Assembly: GCA_964252035.1 (NCBI GenBank) | Contig: OZ176203.1 | Origin: Podarcis erhardii | Taxonomy: Eukaryota | Direction: 5' to 3' (one strand) | Length of the DNA stretch: 64,000 nucleotides | Shown here: positions 13,831 through 25,575 of the stretch, piece after piece | How the letters are laid out: every line of letters begins with the position of its first letter | Numbering within the stretch: the stretch's first letter is position 1 | Made by a program: the position numbers and the translations under genes | Notes under the pieces: generated by a model | Told to the model about the DNA's origin: nothing | Database searches by the model: none | Seen by the model: the letters and a program-made list of their open reading frames with translations, nothing else

Positions 13831-14140
13831 CAGGGGTCAGCATGTGGCTCTTTTACACCTTTGCCTCGGCTCCGGGGTGGATACTAGCGAGGGGAGAAGA
13901 TGCATTGTGCGCCTCGACACTCCCCACTGTGGCGGGCGCTGTACTGGCTGTGACGTCGCATGGGGGCAGTGCGTGCGTTAGCCACGCACCGTCCCGACGT
14001 CACCTTCCCGCCCACTGTCAGATCACGGCTCCGGAGATATATTTGTTTTAAATGTTGCAATGGTTTTGTGGCTCCCAGGTTTTTTTTCTTCGGAAACGGG
14101 TCCAAGTGGCTCTTTTTGTCTTAAAGGTTGCAGACCCCTG
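13831..14140. mobile_element. hAT-type MITE
   Basis: TIRs caggggtc / gacccctg, a perfect 8-bp TSD tactaaac, and a CpG-rich interior suggesting young age. Confidence 0.92.
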
Positions 14141-14939
14141 TACTAAACTATGATATGGTCCATCTAACTCAGTGCAGTCTACTGCAATTGCAAGCAGCTC
14201 TCTCGAGTCTCATTAACACTGCTACCAAAGTTCCTTTAAACCCAAGACAGCAGCAATTGAATCTGAAATACATAGAAAATGTGTGTTCTACCACCAAGCT
14301 ATGTATTGCCATCATTTTCACCTACTAGTCTGTGATTCAGAAAACATGGATGAGCTGGGCTAGATAGAATACATTCCCATACCCACCTCTCATTCAGATC
14401 CTGAAATGCACCAGTCTATGCTGTGATTGATTATTCAACAGCCTATCCTCTTTTCTTTCCATATCAGGAGCGCCCACCTACCACACCACAGATTCTACTA
14501 ACCTGGTACACAGAAATATAATCAAAGCCAGATTATCATACTACATGACAAGCAATCTGTGGCCATCTGGATGTTGAACACCAGCAACAATAGTTAAGTA
14601 TGATAGGAGTTTTAGTCCATCGTCCTTTGGAGACCCACAAGTTCCCCATCCTATACAGCAACCATTAGGTGTTACCACCAGACTAGCACATTATTTCCTG
14701 CATTACAAAACTGACTGGAGACCTGATACCATAGGTTTCAAATGTTGTTTCAAATCAATATGCCAACCTTCCTTGTACAGCTCTGTCGGCTTATCCCCCA
14801 CCCCCATTTTCCTCCCCTTTCCTCTTCTTCCCTCGTTTCATAATCCCCGCCTTTGCCATTCCGAGGCCCCTCCTACTTCCACGCATCCATCCCTAGGCAT
14901 TTTGGCCTGTTGTAGTCCTATCTAAGTTATGGTTGATCT

Positions 14940-15095
14940 GATTTGAATTGATTTTATAATGAAATGATTTTAGAATGTTGTATCATTTTACTGTTGCTAG
15001 CCACTCTGAGCCCAGCTTCGGCTGGGGAGGGCGGGATATAAATAAATTATTATTATTATTATTATTATTAGTAGTAGTAGTAGTAGTAGTAATAG
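14940..15095 (+). mobile_element. L2-type LINE extreme 3' end with (ATT)n(AGT)n tail
   Basis: agccactctgagcccagcttcggctggggagggcgggatataaataaa followed by a trinucleotide tail. Confidence 0.6.
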
Positions 15096-15375
15096 TATGT
15101 TGATCAATGTAAGTCAGAAACAGGAGCTGCCTGCAAACGACATCTCAAAATCACCAACCAATTTGTGAAGAGAAATTGGGATGGGGGAATGCTTCATCAA
15201 ATTTATCCAGGGGAAAGAGAAATTTTCCAACAATAAGTTCCTCAACACTTTACTTGGAGGTGGGACTTGGAGCACTACTCTTTAAATTTTCTCAAGGTGT
15301 CCCTAAATTCTTGGTAAATTGGCCACAATTTTGCATGTTCCACAATGCCTCTGGCCTAGCAGGAAAATGATCCAG

Positions 15376-15378
<3 letters not shown>

Positions 15379-15409
<31 letters not shown>
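15379..15409. repeat. (GT)n microsatellite
   Basis: Seen directly. Confidence 0.95.
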
Positions 15410-15411
<2 letters not shown>

Positions 15412-15665
15412 CGACAATACCCCACCAGAGATTTTTTTAAAAAATTATTCAGAGAAATTATACAAAGTGATCTTATTTATTTATTTTTTTGAGGGGAATT
15501 GAGAAAAGAACTTTTCTCTGAAAATTGTATTCTTTGAAAATCCAGCTCAACTTTATTATGGATCCTTTCCCCACCATAGCCCTTGGTAGAATGGACTTCA
15601 ACAGTATATCTATCATACTATCATATGCCCTTTTCCAGTTGACAGAACTCTTTATCAACTTATAG

Positions 15666-16044
15666 CATACCCTCCAACATTTCTCTGATGAAAATAGGGA
15701 CATCCTATTCAATAGTAATAGTAGTAGTATTGGTGGTAATAAATAAAATCATCATCATCATCATCATACCCCACCCATCTGACTGGGTTGCCCAAGCCAC
15801 TTTGGGCAGCTTCCAACATATAAAAAAACCACAATAAAACAGTTTAAAACTGCCTTCAGATGTCTTCTAAAGGATGTGTAGTTACTTATCTCCTTGGTCA
15901 CATAACTCCACACCCCTCAACATTTCTCCAATGAAAATAGGGATGTCCTAAGGAAAAGTGGGTCATTCTGGGATCAAAGAAACCAGGGTGGCTTCTGTAA
16001 ATCCAGGACTGTCCCTTGAAAATAGGGACACATGGGGGGGGGCT
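15666..16044. mobile_element. Composite non-autonomous element (MITE-like arms around an L2 3' tail), copy 1
   Basis: ccctccaacatttctc..atgaaaatagggacatcct, then an L2 tail (ccatctgactgggttgcccaagccactttgggcagcttccaac), then a second ..caacatttctccaatgaaaatagggatgtcctaaggaaaag arm. The same order recurs at 62408-62735. Confidence 0.75.
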
Positions 16045-17215
16045 ATTATGATCCAACTAGATTTTTGAGGAAGTCCCTCCAAACCTCTTTGCTTATACAG
16101 CAAGGCTCTTTTGAGGAGCCTGACTATTTACTGGCATGGGTGTCACTGTATCCAGAGTTGCCTGACACCAGCAAGACAGGGGCCAGTTCTCTGTTTCCTC
16201 TTTGTCTTCACTAGTTTTCAAATCCCATCAGAGTACCTTTTCCTTTCCCCTCTCAGTTTTGCTTCCCCTCTACATCCATCCCTCTTTCACTGAGCTTGGA
16301 ATCTCAACTCTGAGAAAGACAATACACAAAAGGAAAGCTGCAGAGTTCATTCAGTCTGTTAGTTTGCAACCCTGCATCATGGGTTGCCTTTGTTGTCAGA
16401 TTAGCAAATTTGTTCTTTGCCACTCCACTTTTATTAACTGGTTATTTAGCTTTTGTGCCTGCTGCCAGCCCATTAAAAAAGGGCAGGCACCCTGCAGAGG
16501 TGATATCCTCTTTATCTGGAAGAGGAGAAGCAGGGAAACAAGCCAATTTGGTCAACTATTGCTGCAACAGCAGAAGCAATGGCCTTGGACAAACTTAGTC
16601 TCCTTGATAAGGGCAAAGTTGCCAGCACAGTATTTTTTTAAGCAGAACAAAAAACACAAAAATGCGAAGGCTTCATTTGCCATGAAACCTGTATTTAAGT
16701 GTTGTGAAGTGACCCCCAGACACTCATCCAAGAAATCCTAAAAATTAATTTAAATTCTCTGAAGGATCTGTTGCAAAGTTATAGTGTTTGTTCTAGATCA
16801 GTGTTTCTGTCTGATGTGGTGGAGACTTTACTAACTGAGGTTCTGCCCCCACCCCCAGCATGAAGCTGCCCCATAACATAAATCTTGGCTACTCCCATGC
16901 CTCCTACCTGTCAAATGTCCTCACCTGGAAGTTTTGCCTGACACTGTCCTGTTTTCTCTTCAACACCAGGTGTAACCCTTTTAATTTGTCCTGGCCTGTT
17001 AAGATCCATTAACTTTTAATTGAATTCACACCCTGGAAATGTTATCTGCTTCTGAATTGTTTCCTCGCTTGATCATATATTGTCATTTAGAGTATATGGT
17101 TTTTCAAATGTGCTTAAGCTGCTGTGGTGTAAAACTGAAGATCAGCTAATAAATCACTTAAACGAATAATACATACATAAATGATGTCACTGTACCCTTA
17201 AATGGTTCTGGTTTC

Positions 17216-17630
17216 TGTCATGGAGTGGCTGGATGGAATGGTGAGAGGCACCAGCTGGGGAAGCCCCAAGGGAAGAAGGCTCAGAGCCAGGGGATTGGTA
17301 GTGGGATAGTGATGAGTTGTCAGAGGGAGAACAGGGAGAAGATTGGGAGGAGGAGGTGTCATAAACTGAAGAGATAACAGAACCTGAAGAGGTATGAAGA
17401 GGAAGGAGCAGAGACAGGCATACCGGTGGAGTCTCAGATTGCTTAGGAAGGACTTGGGAGAGGAGGAGGCTTAGGCAGCTGTGGGACCTTCAGTCCCTAC
17501 AACTGCCTCATAGGCACAAGACCAATTGATAAGAGTTGCTGTGCTCATTAGGCCTGACACTACTATCTTTGTTTCTTCTAATAAAGAGTTCACTTACTCT
17601 GTGTGATTTATTTCTGACCTGCTCCTGACA
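17216..17630 (+). mobile_element. Solo LTR (415 bp)
   Basis: TGTCA...TGACA termini, a perfect 5-bp TSD gtttc on both sides, and AATAAA at about 17580 near the 3' end. Confidence 0.88.
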
Positions 17631-19127
17631 GTTTCCTAGGAACTTGGTGCTGCTATGGCACAGAGTTGTAATAACCCAGTAATAGGAAAATGTATAATAT
17701 TAATGGTCCTTTTCATTCTTCTTTGGATCTTATAGCTCCACCAGGCTATAGCTCTAAACCAACAGTGTTTTCAACTAGGCATCAGGTTGGCAAGGTAAGA
17801 CCAACCTTGTGATGAGCACAGAGGCAATCTCTGATCCTTCTTGTCCCTGCTGTTCCTCCACTGCCTGTTCTTTTACTCTCTTTGAGTAAGGGGAGTGAGG
17901 GAAAAGAACAGTAAATGCAGCACATCTTGTCCTCTCTCTTTGGGACTTGGTGTATCCATTGAGCCAAGAGGCAAATGAATGGGCCAGTAGGTAACAGAGG
18001 CAAGGAATGTTAAAGTTCTAAGTTTAATGTACATAAAATGCTGTGTTTGAACGAATTGTATTTTGAATGCTGTAAAGAGAATTTGACATTAAGCAAGAGT
18101 TTCCATTCTGGATGACAGCAGAGGGCTGGTGCTGTTTTGTTTCAGTGAGTTAAACTACCTGAAGACTCATCACTGGAAACATGAGCTGCAAATCTCACAG
18201 CTGAAGAGGAAACTTGGGAAGTCAAAGATGGCCAGTAGCAGTTGTAGAAAAGCTCTGCAATGATGAACAAGTTTAAGATCTCTCGATGGGACCACAGAGG
18301 TGAAAGTTAACTGAACTTCATAAACGAGTGAACCACATTGCTTATTTGCAAATGAGTTGCTTTGTTATTTCGTTCTTGTAACGTGTATGTAAGCTTAAGA
18401 ACTGTTCTGAAACTCATTCTTGAGGTGGAAAGCTCATCACAAGGTACATAGCAGGGATTTTGCTGAACAACTCCAAAAAGGAAGAGACAGCCCCCCTGAG
18501 AGCATTTTGTTTACTTCCCAGCTCCTACAATCCTGGATCAGGCCCTGTTTTCAGCTGGCTGTATATTTATCAGAACATTATCAATGTACTATAGAACAGT
18601 CCACTGAATGTTGACTCAAAGTCACAACCAAAGGTTGTGGGGGTTTTTTTTTGTTTTTTTTAAAATATACGTAATTTATCAAACCACAAATGTAACTTAA
18701 GATACATTTGATTCCATTTCTATTTGCCTTCTTCTTCTTAAGATTATTCAGCAGATATCCATCTTGAATAAAAGGAAATTTCAGGTTTTATCTATGTGGA
18801 TTGTTCTCTAATAATCTGAGTGCAGGGAAAGTTGGTTCATCCATTTGGTGTTAAGTGGCTGCCTGTGGAGCTGATTTCCCCCCAGATTATTTTTATACCT
18901 TGCAAAGTGTTTATGGTAGTTAAGTTTCTCAATCATGCTGCAGTGCCAAGAGTAATGGAAAATTTTATAGACAAATATTTCATATTTTATTCCAGTGGCT
19001 TACTGAACAAGGCGGGGGGTTGGTATGCTTTTTCAGGAGGCAGAAAAACTTGATATCAGAAGGAATGATCATATACATAGAGCAGTGTCAACCATCACCT
19101 AATTTTAGCAACTTGAAATTCATTCAT

Positions 19128-19152
19128 TCATATATATATATATATATATATA
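19128..19152. repeat. (TA)n microsatellite
   Basis: Seen directly. Confidence 0.9.
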
Positions 19153-21371
19153 TTTTCATCTAGGGCAGATAACAGATCAGCTGCTTTTCATCTTCTTACA
19201 GAAAAGTGACTGTCAGCATTTTCAGTGTTATTAACAGTATGCAGAGAGTCCCTGAATCTCGCCTGTCATTTCTCTTCCCTTTCTTTGTATCCCATTTTGA
19301 AAGCCAAGAATGAGAAACGGCTGTGATTTATTTAGTGGCTGTTGCTCATCTGTTGTCGCTGTCCTCCTTCACAAGTAAATGTCTGTGAAAGTACCAGTCA
19401 GCCAAACAAAGTTTCCTTTGTGAAGGTTATTCAATTGGGGCAAGCCGGCTGGAAGCTCCTGATATTTTCTATTTAGAGTAAGATAAATTTAAGACTTCTC
19501 AAGAAATAAAGGACTGGGGGTAGTTTTTCCACTAAATACTGTGGCTGTTTCATCAACTTCATTGAACTGAATTGCATTCATAGAAAAAGTATTAATATTC
19601 GTGATCTGGTGAATTACCACTGGGAGGCAATAATCAATTCTAAAACATATTTTCATTCCTCGGACATGCCATTATGGCAGGTAAGTTCAGTAGATGCCCT
19701 AAGAAAGGCCTATGCAAATTGAGATGCACCAAGCTGAAAGCAGGTCTCAGGTCATATACAGTGATCTCCCATTTTTGCTGCTGACATGTGACTGCCAAAA
19801 CATGGTGACTCTCAAGTACTTGGCAGTACATGATATATTATATCCTTGCAGTGTTCAACTTACTGGGTTACAAATTGCACTAACAGCCTCCTGCCACTTG
19901 AAACACAAACCCTGGGTAAACGTCTGAAACCCCTGGAATCTGGCCCTGTTCAGAGATTGGGGTGGTGTATGACAATATTATAAAAGGGGAAGCGGATACC
20001 TTTGCTGCCGAGGAAGGCATGTGCTAGAATCGAAAGTCATTTTCTATAAAACTGTATCTACAATCTTTTTGATTCAACACACATCCCCATCAATGGGGGA
20101 ACATGTGAATTAGCCCTTGGTCTCAGTCTCAGGCACCTGCACTGAGAAGATAGGCTCCAAAATGATCTCTGTGGGAGCTTCTTTTGCTGGCTGCTTCCAG
20201 TCACTGCACACTCTTTTTTTATCAGGGCTGTATAAACTGTGGAAACACAAGAACTGACAATGCTACATGCTATGTTTTGTTATCAAGCAGTTTTGCCTCA
20301 AACCTAGACAGCAAATAACTGTGGTTCCCTCAGCAGAATCAGGTCTGTCTGCAAGCTGTGCATGATTAAATTTTACATAAAAGAGGTTACATTCCAGAGA
20401 GTGTTACTTACACGCCCTAGCCTAGCAGTTTCCCTTTCTAAGATATGACAAAGTAACATCACTCCTAATCCTTTTATCGTTACTCTGTCTCTTCTTTTTC
20501 TTCTTTTGTCCTCTTTTAGGTAAAATGCACATTTAGCAGTAAACAGAGGAGAAAATATGATCCTGATGCAAAAGCTGTTGCTAATGACATGATCTGCTTT
20601 CAGTCTCATTATTTTGCGAATAATAACGACAGCTAATTTAAGCTTAATGCACAAGCAATTTCATAGAATATCCACGCTAACGGTTTTTGGAAAGACAATG
20701 ATGCCAAGACTGAGTTCAGAAAGTGAAGCATAATTTAGCAGATTCTCAGCTCACTGAGCAAAGATAAAAATCCCTTTCGTTAGAAAATTACCCCGCTGCA
20801 AATGTAAAAATCATTCATAATTCAGCAGATATACAAATACCTCAAGTCACTCATTGAAATGCAGGGGTTTGGTCTGATGAAATGCAGAACTGCATGGATT
20901 CAGTCCAGCTCAAGTAAAAAAAAAAAGAGAGAGAGAGTAGAGTTCTTTTGCCCATGTGAACATTCATATTTAACAGTAACATATATTGGATCTGTAACTG
21001 CTTACCTACAGCTGTTCTTTATCCTGGACATAAGTTTGTCGCCACTTGATGCAAATGGCAATGTCAGTGGGGCCCTTCCAGTGTAATCTTCTGTAGCACG
21101 GGCACTCCTGCAGTGTGGCTTCTTCCTGTGCCATTTTGTAATGTTGGAATTCTCAAATGACAGGACAAGAGCTCATGGCATGGATTCTTCTCACTCAGGC
21201 AATGTTTCATGAATGTAGGAGTCACAGGACTCAGCTATACAGCTGTAAATATAATGTTTTAAGTGCATTATACAAATGGGATACTAGATGGCGATGGTGA
21301 GCTAATGGCAAATTCAATATATATATTAAACCTTTTTTCAAAAAGCATTTTCACAGCATACATACATACAT

Positions 21372-21372
<1 letters not shown>

Positions 21373-21398
<26 letters not shown>
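21373..21398. repeat. (TA)n microsatellite
   Basis: Seen directly. Confidence 0.9.
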
Positions 21399-21403
<5 letters not shown>

Positions 21404-22319
21404 CAGTGTGGTTGGCTCTCTTGTGTTCTCAGATGCACAGTGTTGTTAAGTGAAGCAGGGAAGTGCTGCCATGGCTCCTATACTGTTGAATATAATATTG
21501 GAAGAGACCCTGTTTATAGCTCATATTAGGAGTGTCAACAACTTAATGACTTCTTGAGCCCTCATATGTAGCCCCTGGGATGGGGAAAAGACCCAGGGAA
21601 ACTTAAATTAGCTCAGTTTCCATAGATATCAATGGTCTTGGTGGAAGGGAAGCGTATAATAACAATACTAGCAATAGCTAACAAAAAAGCTTGAAAAAAA
21701 CCCCAACAAGAATAATGTGATTTGCCTTTGAAATGAAGTTGGCGAGCTGCAACTGCTACTGAGATAAAGATTATGTCAGTTACAATGGAACAGACTAGGA
21801 TAAGAATACGCTAGCAGATCAATACAACTTTTAGAGCAGAACTTCACAAATGTAGGTAGCACTCAATATATATTGTGCAATAGTCTGGAGGAACTGCTTG
21901 TGATACCAGCTGGCAAAGTGTTATGAAACACCAGGTTCAATTTCTATTTCTGTTATGGAACCCATAAAGCTGTTATGGCAGAGGGCAACCGGAAAGTTCA
22001 AGGATCTGTGCAAACCTATAGAACAATGACATGGAAGCTAGATCTAGGAAGCAAGAAGCAAGAGAGGTCACCTTACAGTGGTACCCATGATTCTGAAGGG
22101 AATACGAAAGAAGATAAATGCTGCAAGACTATTTGAGCTTCTGTCAAGCGGTAAAACTGGTAGGCATGGTGCATAGAAGCTTACAGAAAGGTGAGACCCA
22201 TGTGGAATCTAAGGCAGAATTTCTTTGGACTCAGAGTAGATACATATAGACTGGCTTTTCGAAATCTATAAAAGAAAGAGCTGTAGTATAATATGTTTTC
22301 AAAGGAGCTAGGCAGGCAT

Positions 22320-22329
22320 TTTATTTATT
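22320..22329 (-). promoter_or_regulatory. Candidate polyadenylation signal (overlapping AATAAA x2) of the minus-strand gene
   Basis: The minus strand reads caataaataaaa, about 160 nt downstream of the TAA stop at 22489-22491. Its use as a signal is inferred. Confidence 0.45.
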
Positions 22330-22488
22330 GTATGAAAGTATCCTCCCAGTATCAGCTGCTCCAGGCTGCATTTTAAGAATTGAAAGGTCTGGTGATGTAA
22401 ACAGAATCATGGAATAAAATACTCTTGGCACAATCCACTTGGAGGTTCTTCTGTGCAGATGCCAATGAAATTAAAGAGAATTGTGCAA

Positions 22489-22575
22489 TTAGCTGTGGTT
22501 TTTCTCCCCAGTTGATGCACGACTGAGGAAATTGAGGACTGAATTTCCACAAGGAAATAGTTTCCAAATCGTGTG
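22489..22575 (-). CDS. Putative terminal coding exon of an unidentified host gene (HTIWKLFPCGNSVLNFLSRASTGEKNHS*)
   Basis: Acceptor aataatttattttttgcag, then a phase-0 frame of 28 codons ending in TAA, with AATAAA downstream. The phase matches the exon at 55528-55665 and the sequence is non-repetitive. An alternative phase-1 frame (ORF 22373..22717 frame) is also open. Confidence 0.6.
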   Translation of the reverse strand, partial: HTIWKLFPCGNSVLNFLSRASTGEKNHS

Positions 22576-24640
22576 CTGCAAAAAATAAATTATTCAGTAA
22601 CAAAGGCCTACTGTAAACCCAAGGCACCCGTCTACAAAGGAAGTTTTCTGCTGCATCTCTGTATGATTCAGTGCTCTGGCCTTTCTTTCCATAACTTGAA
22701 CCATGTACTTCACTCATTGTTTTGTACTATATGTAAAGCATAAGGAACTGGACCTATAGATTTTTGTCCAGAATAGTTAGTTTTTTAAGCATCATATTGT
22801 GAGTCTGAGGCATTTGGTCAAAAGGCAAAGAGCCTTTTGCCCATATTAAAAAGTGTTTAAAGTACTTATTCTAACCTATGAGCCCTGCACTAATGGTATT
22901 TCTCATATATGCAACTAGACATGCCCTAAAATCATCTGCAGGGGCCCTCCTTTGAGTTCCATCTTATTCTGGAGTGTAGATGTTGGGGGAGACACTTTCT
23001 CTAAGTATAAGTGGATGCCATCTGGTGTGGCTTCAATGTATTTCTAGTACCAGGCAAAGACCTTCTTACTCTTCCAGTACTTTCAACACATTTTAGCACT
23101 TTAAAATGTTATTTTAATATCTATAGTTTTAGTCTAGAGGTTTATTGCATTAGGTGACTGATAAATATAACAAGCAAGCAAATACTAATAGGCTTGTTAA
23201 AATGTCTTTTTTAAATATATGCTGTCTGGAATTTAGTGTGAAGATATGTTGCATATCACAGTGTCAAGATTTATCCATTTTGCATTCTAATGCTTTCCTT
23301 GTTATTTTTTAAAATTTTTATTATTATTATTCTTACAGAATTGATATCGACAGCTGCCTTTGCTTAAAATGTTTGTCAGAATGTTCTGGCCAATTCACTG
23401 GTATCAAAGCATTCTCCTTCAGTTCCTGCTTTCTTTCCTCCTTTAATCAGCCTCTGAAGGCAGGTCCTTTTACTGTGCCTCTTCATTGGCTGTGACTGAA
23501 GTACTCCAAATGCTAAAGTGCAGCAGAACTCACCCGCCCCCAAAAGAGGCTTTCTGTTTCATTATGGTTTGAGTGATGGCTCTGGGCTTCCTCCCAAGTA
23601 TGTTCAGAAGAGTGATGCATCAAACACAGGTCCAACTCTTGTTTAGAATTCCGTTCCACCTTAAGGAACAGGCATGTGGAATTGCTGCATGTCACATGTC
23701 TGTTTACATTCCAGCACAGCTTGCTGGGACCTTCCGTTTTGTGTATAGCTTTTGCTTTATGCTGTTTGCTTTGGACATGAAGGAGATCAGACATGTTTCG
23801 TTTTGTCCTGATCTACGCTGAATAAAGCCTGCTTGTAAATATGCTCCCACAGCCTCTTGTGCCACTTCTGTTTGCACAGCATTTTCTCTGCTGAATAGCG
23901 TGCTCAGTCTTCTAAAGCCTGTGTTGCAGTTTTATGCTGCACCAAGGACCGGAGTTCGCCCAGCACACTGGCTGGTGGGCTGAGCCAGCTGGGGGCCTGC
24001 CAATTGCCCGTGTTTCCTTGGATGCATGCCAACAGGTCTACCATTGGCCGAGTAAGATGGCCACCTCAGATGCTGGATGTTGAGAAGCAGTGTAGGAGGA
24101 CAATGCTATGTGCACCGTGAGGACAGGTAATTCTTACCCTGACTACTCTGATAGGGAATCTTTTGCAGTGCAAGTTTCAAGTGTGTCTCCAGCTTTAATT
24201 TGGGCTGGGGGATGTGGCTCAGCTAAATGAAATTTGGGGAGCACTGCATAAAGGCAACAAAAGTGCAAATTTGAATGAAGCTGGCAAATTTCTGAATTGC
24301 TTCTGAAGCACACTGCATGACTTTGAGAAGAAAAAATGACTAAATATGAATGCATTAATCATTCCTAATGGACTTAAAAATGAAGCAATCATTATTTTAT
24401 GATTAATTCTTTAAAAAGGTAGCAGGTGATAAATGGCAGCACTGAACTTTTGTTGTAATCGAATAGGAATTAACTCATGGTGGCCTAATGAATTTGAGTG
24501 AAGTTGTGTTGTCACATTCATAATTACTCAATTAAGATACAAATATAAAATATTCCTAAGTTTAAAAGGAAAGGGTTCTTTTTTCATAATGGGCCGATGC
24601 TGTACAACAGCTGTGGCAGAGCAGTGGAGCTGTCATCCTG

Positions 24641-25575
24641 AGAACATAAGAAGAGGCTGCCTGCTGGGTCAGCTCAAATGCCCATCGAGTCCAATAACCA
24701 GAGGCCCATGCGAAGCCTGTAAGCAAGACCTGGGTGTAACGGCAGTGCTCTCCCTAGTTGTGACTCCTCACATGTGGCACTTGGAGCCATTCAGCCTCTG
24801 TCTACCAACCCTGGGTAGTCTTCTCAATGAATTTGCCTATTCTTCGGCTGGTGGCTGTCATCACCTCCTTTGGAATTGAATTCCAGTTTAATAATGTGCT
24901 GTATGAAGAAGTGATTTCTTTTGTCTCTCCTGAATTGTCCCACATTCAGTTTCATTGGATGTTTCTGACTTCTTCTTTTTTTTTTTTTTTAATAAAATAT
25001 TTATTAGGGTTTTTTATAAAAGAAATACAAAGATAATAAACAGCATTGCTTTGTTATAACAAAATTTCATAACTTCTTTGGACTTCCTCACGTCTCCCGC
25101 TCCCACTTACATCGTTAATAATTTTTTTCAAGCAAATTATCATCTTATTTGCAAATTTATAACCACTCAATTCAATATAGTGTAACAATTCTCCAACAAA
25201 TTTTGTTTCTCTTAATCTCATTTATCATCAATTTCCGATCCAATTTAGTGATGGCCAATTATTTATAACCAAGCATCCTTATTAACATTCCTCTAAATCA
25301 CAATATTTTTGTAGATAAATCTTAAATTTCTTCCAATCTTCTTCAATCCTTTCTTCTCCCAGGTCTCGAATTCTGCCAGTCATCTCCGCCAGTTGCATAT
25401 AGTCCATCAGCTGCATCTGCCATTCTTCCAGTGTGGGTAGATCTTGAGTTTTCCAGTTCTTAGCGATGAGTATCCTTGCTGCCGTTGTTGCATACTGGAT
25501 GTTTCTGACTTCTAATGGTATGAGGGGGAAAACCTTTTCTCTCCATCTTCTCCACACCATGTGTAATTTTATACA
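24641..25575 (-). mobile_element. Old CR1 3' fragment (ttcttatgttct tail family) interrupted by an L1 insertion
   Basis: The plus strand begins agaacataagaagag. Host sequence ending ttcattggatgtttctgacttct resumes as ...cttctaatggtatgagggggaaaaccttttctctc after the L1. Same tail family as 52345-52512. Confidence 0.7.
24974..25495 (-). mobile_element. Recent 5'-truncated L1 insertion (522 bp) with poly(A) and 18-bp TSD
   Basis: TSD tggatgtttctgacttct at 24956-24973 and 25496-25513, with a poly(A) tail (T-run at 24976-24990). The ORF2 end is open: YATTAARILIAKNWKTQDLPTLEEWQ...FKIYLQKYCDLEEC*. Confidence 0.93.
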
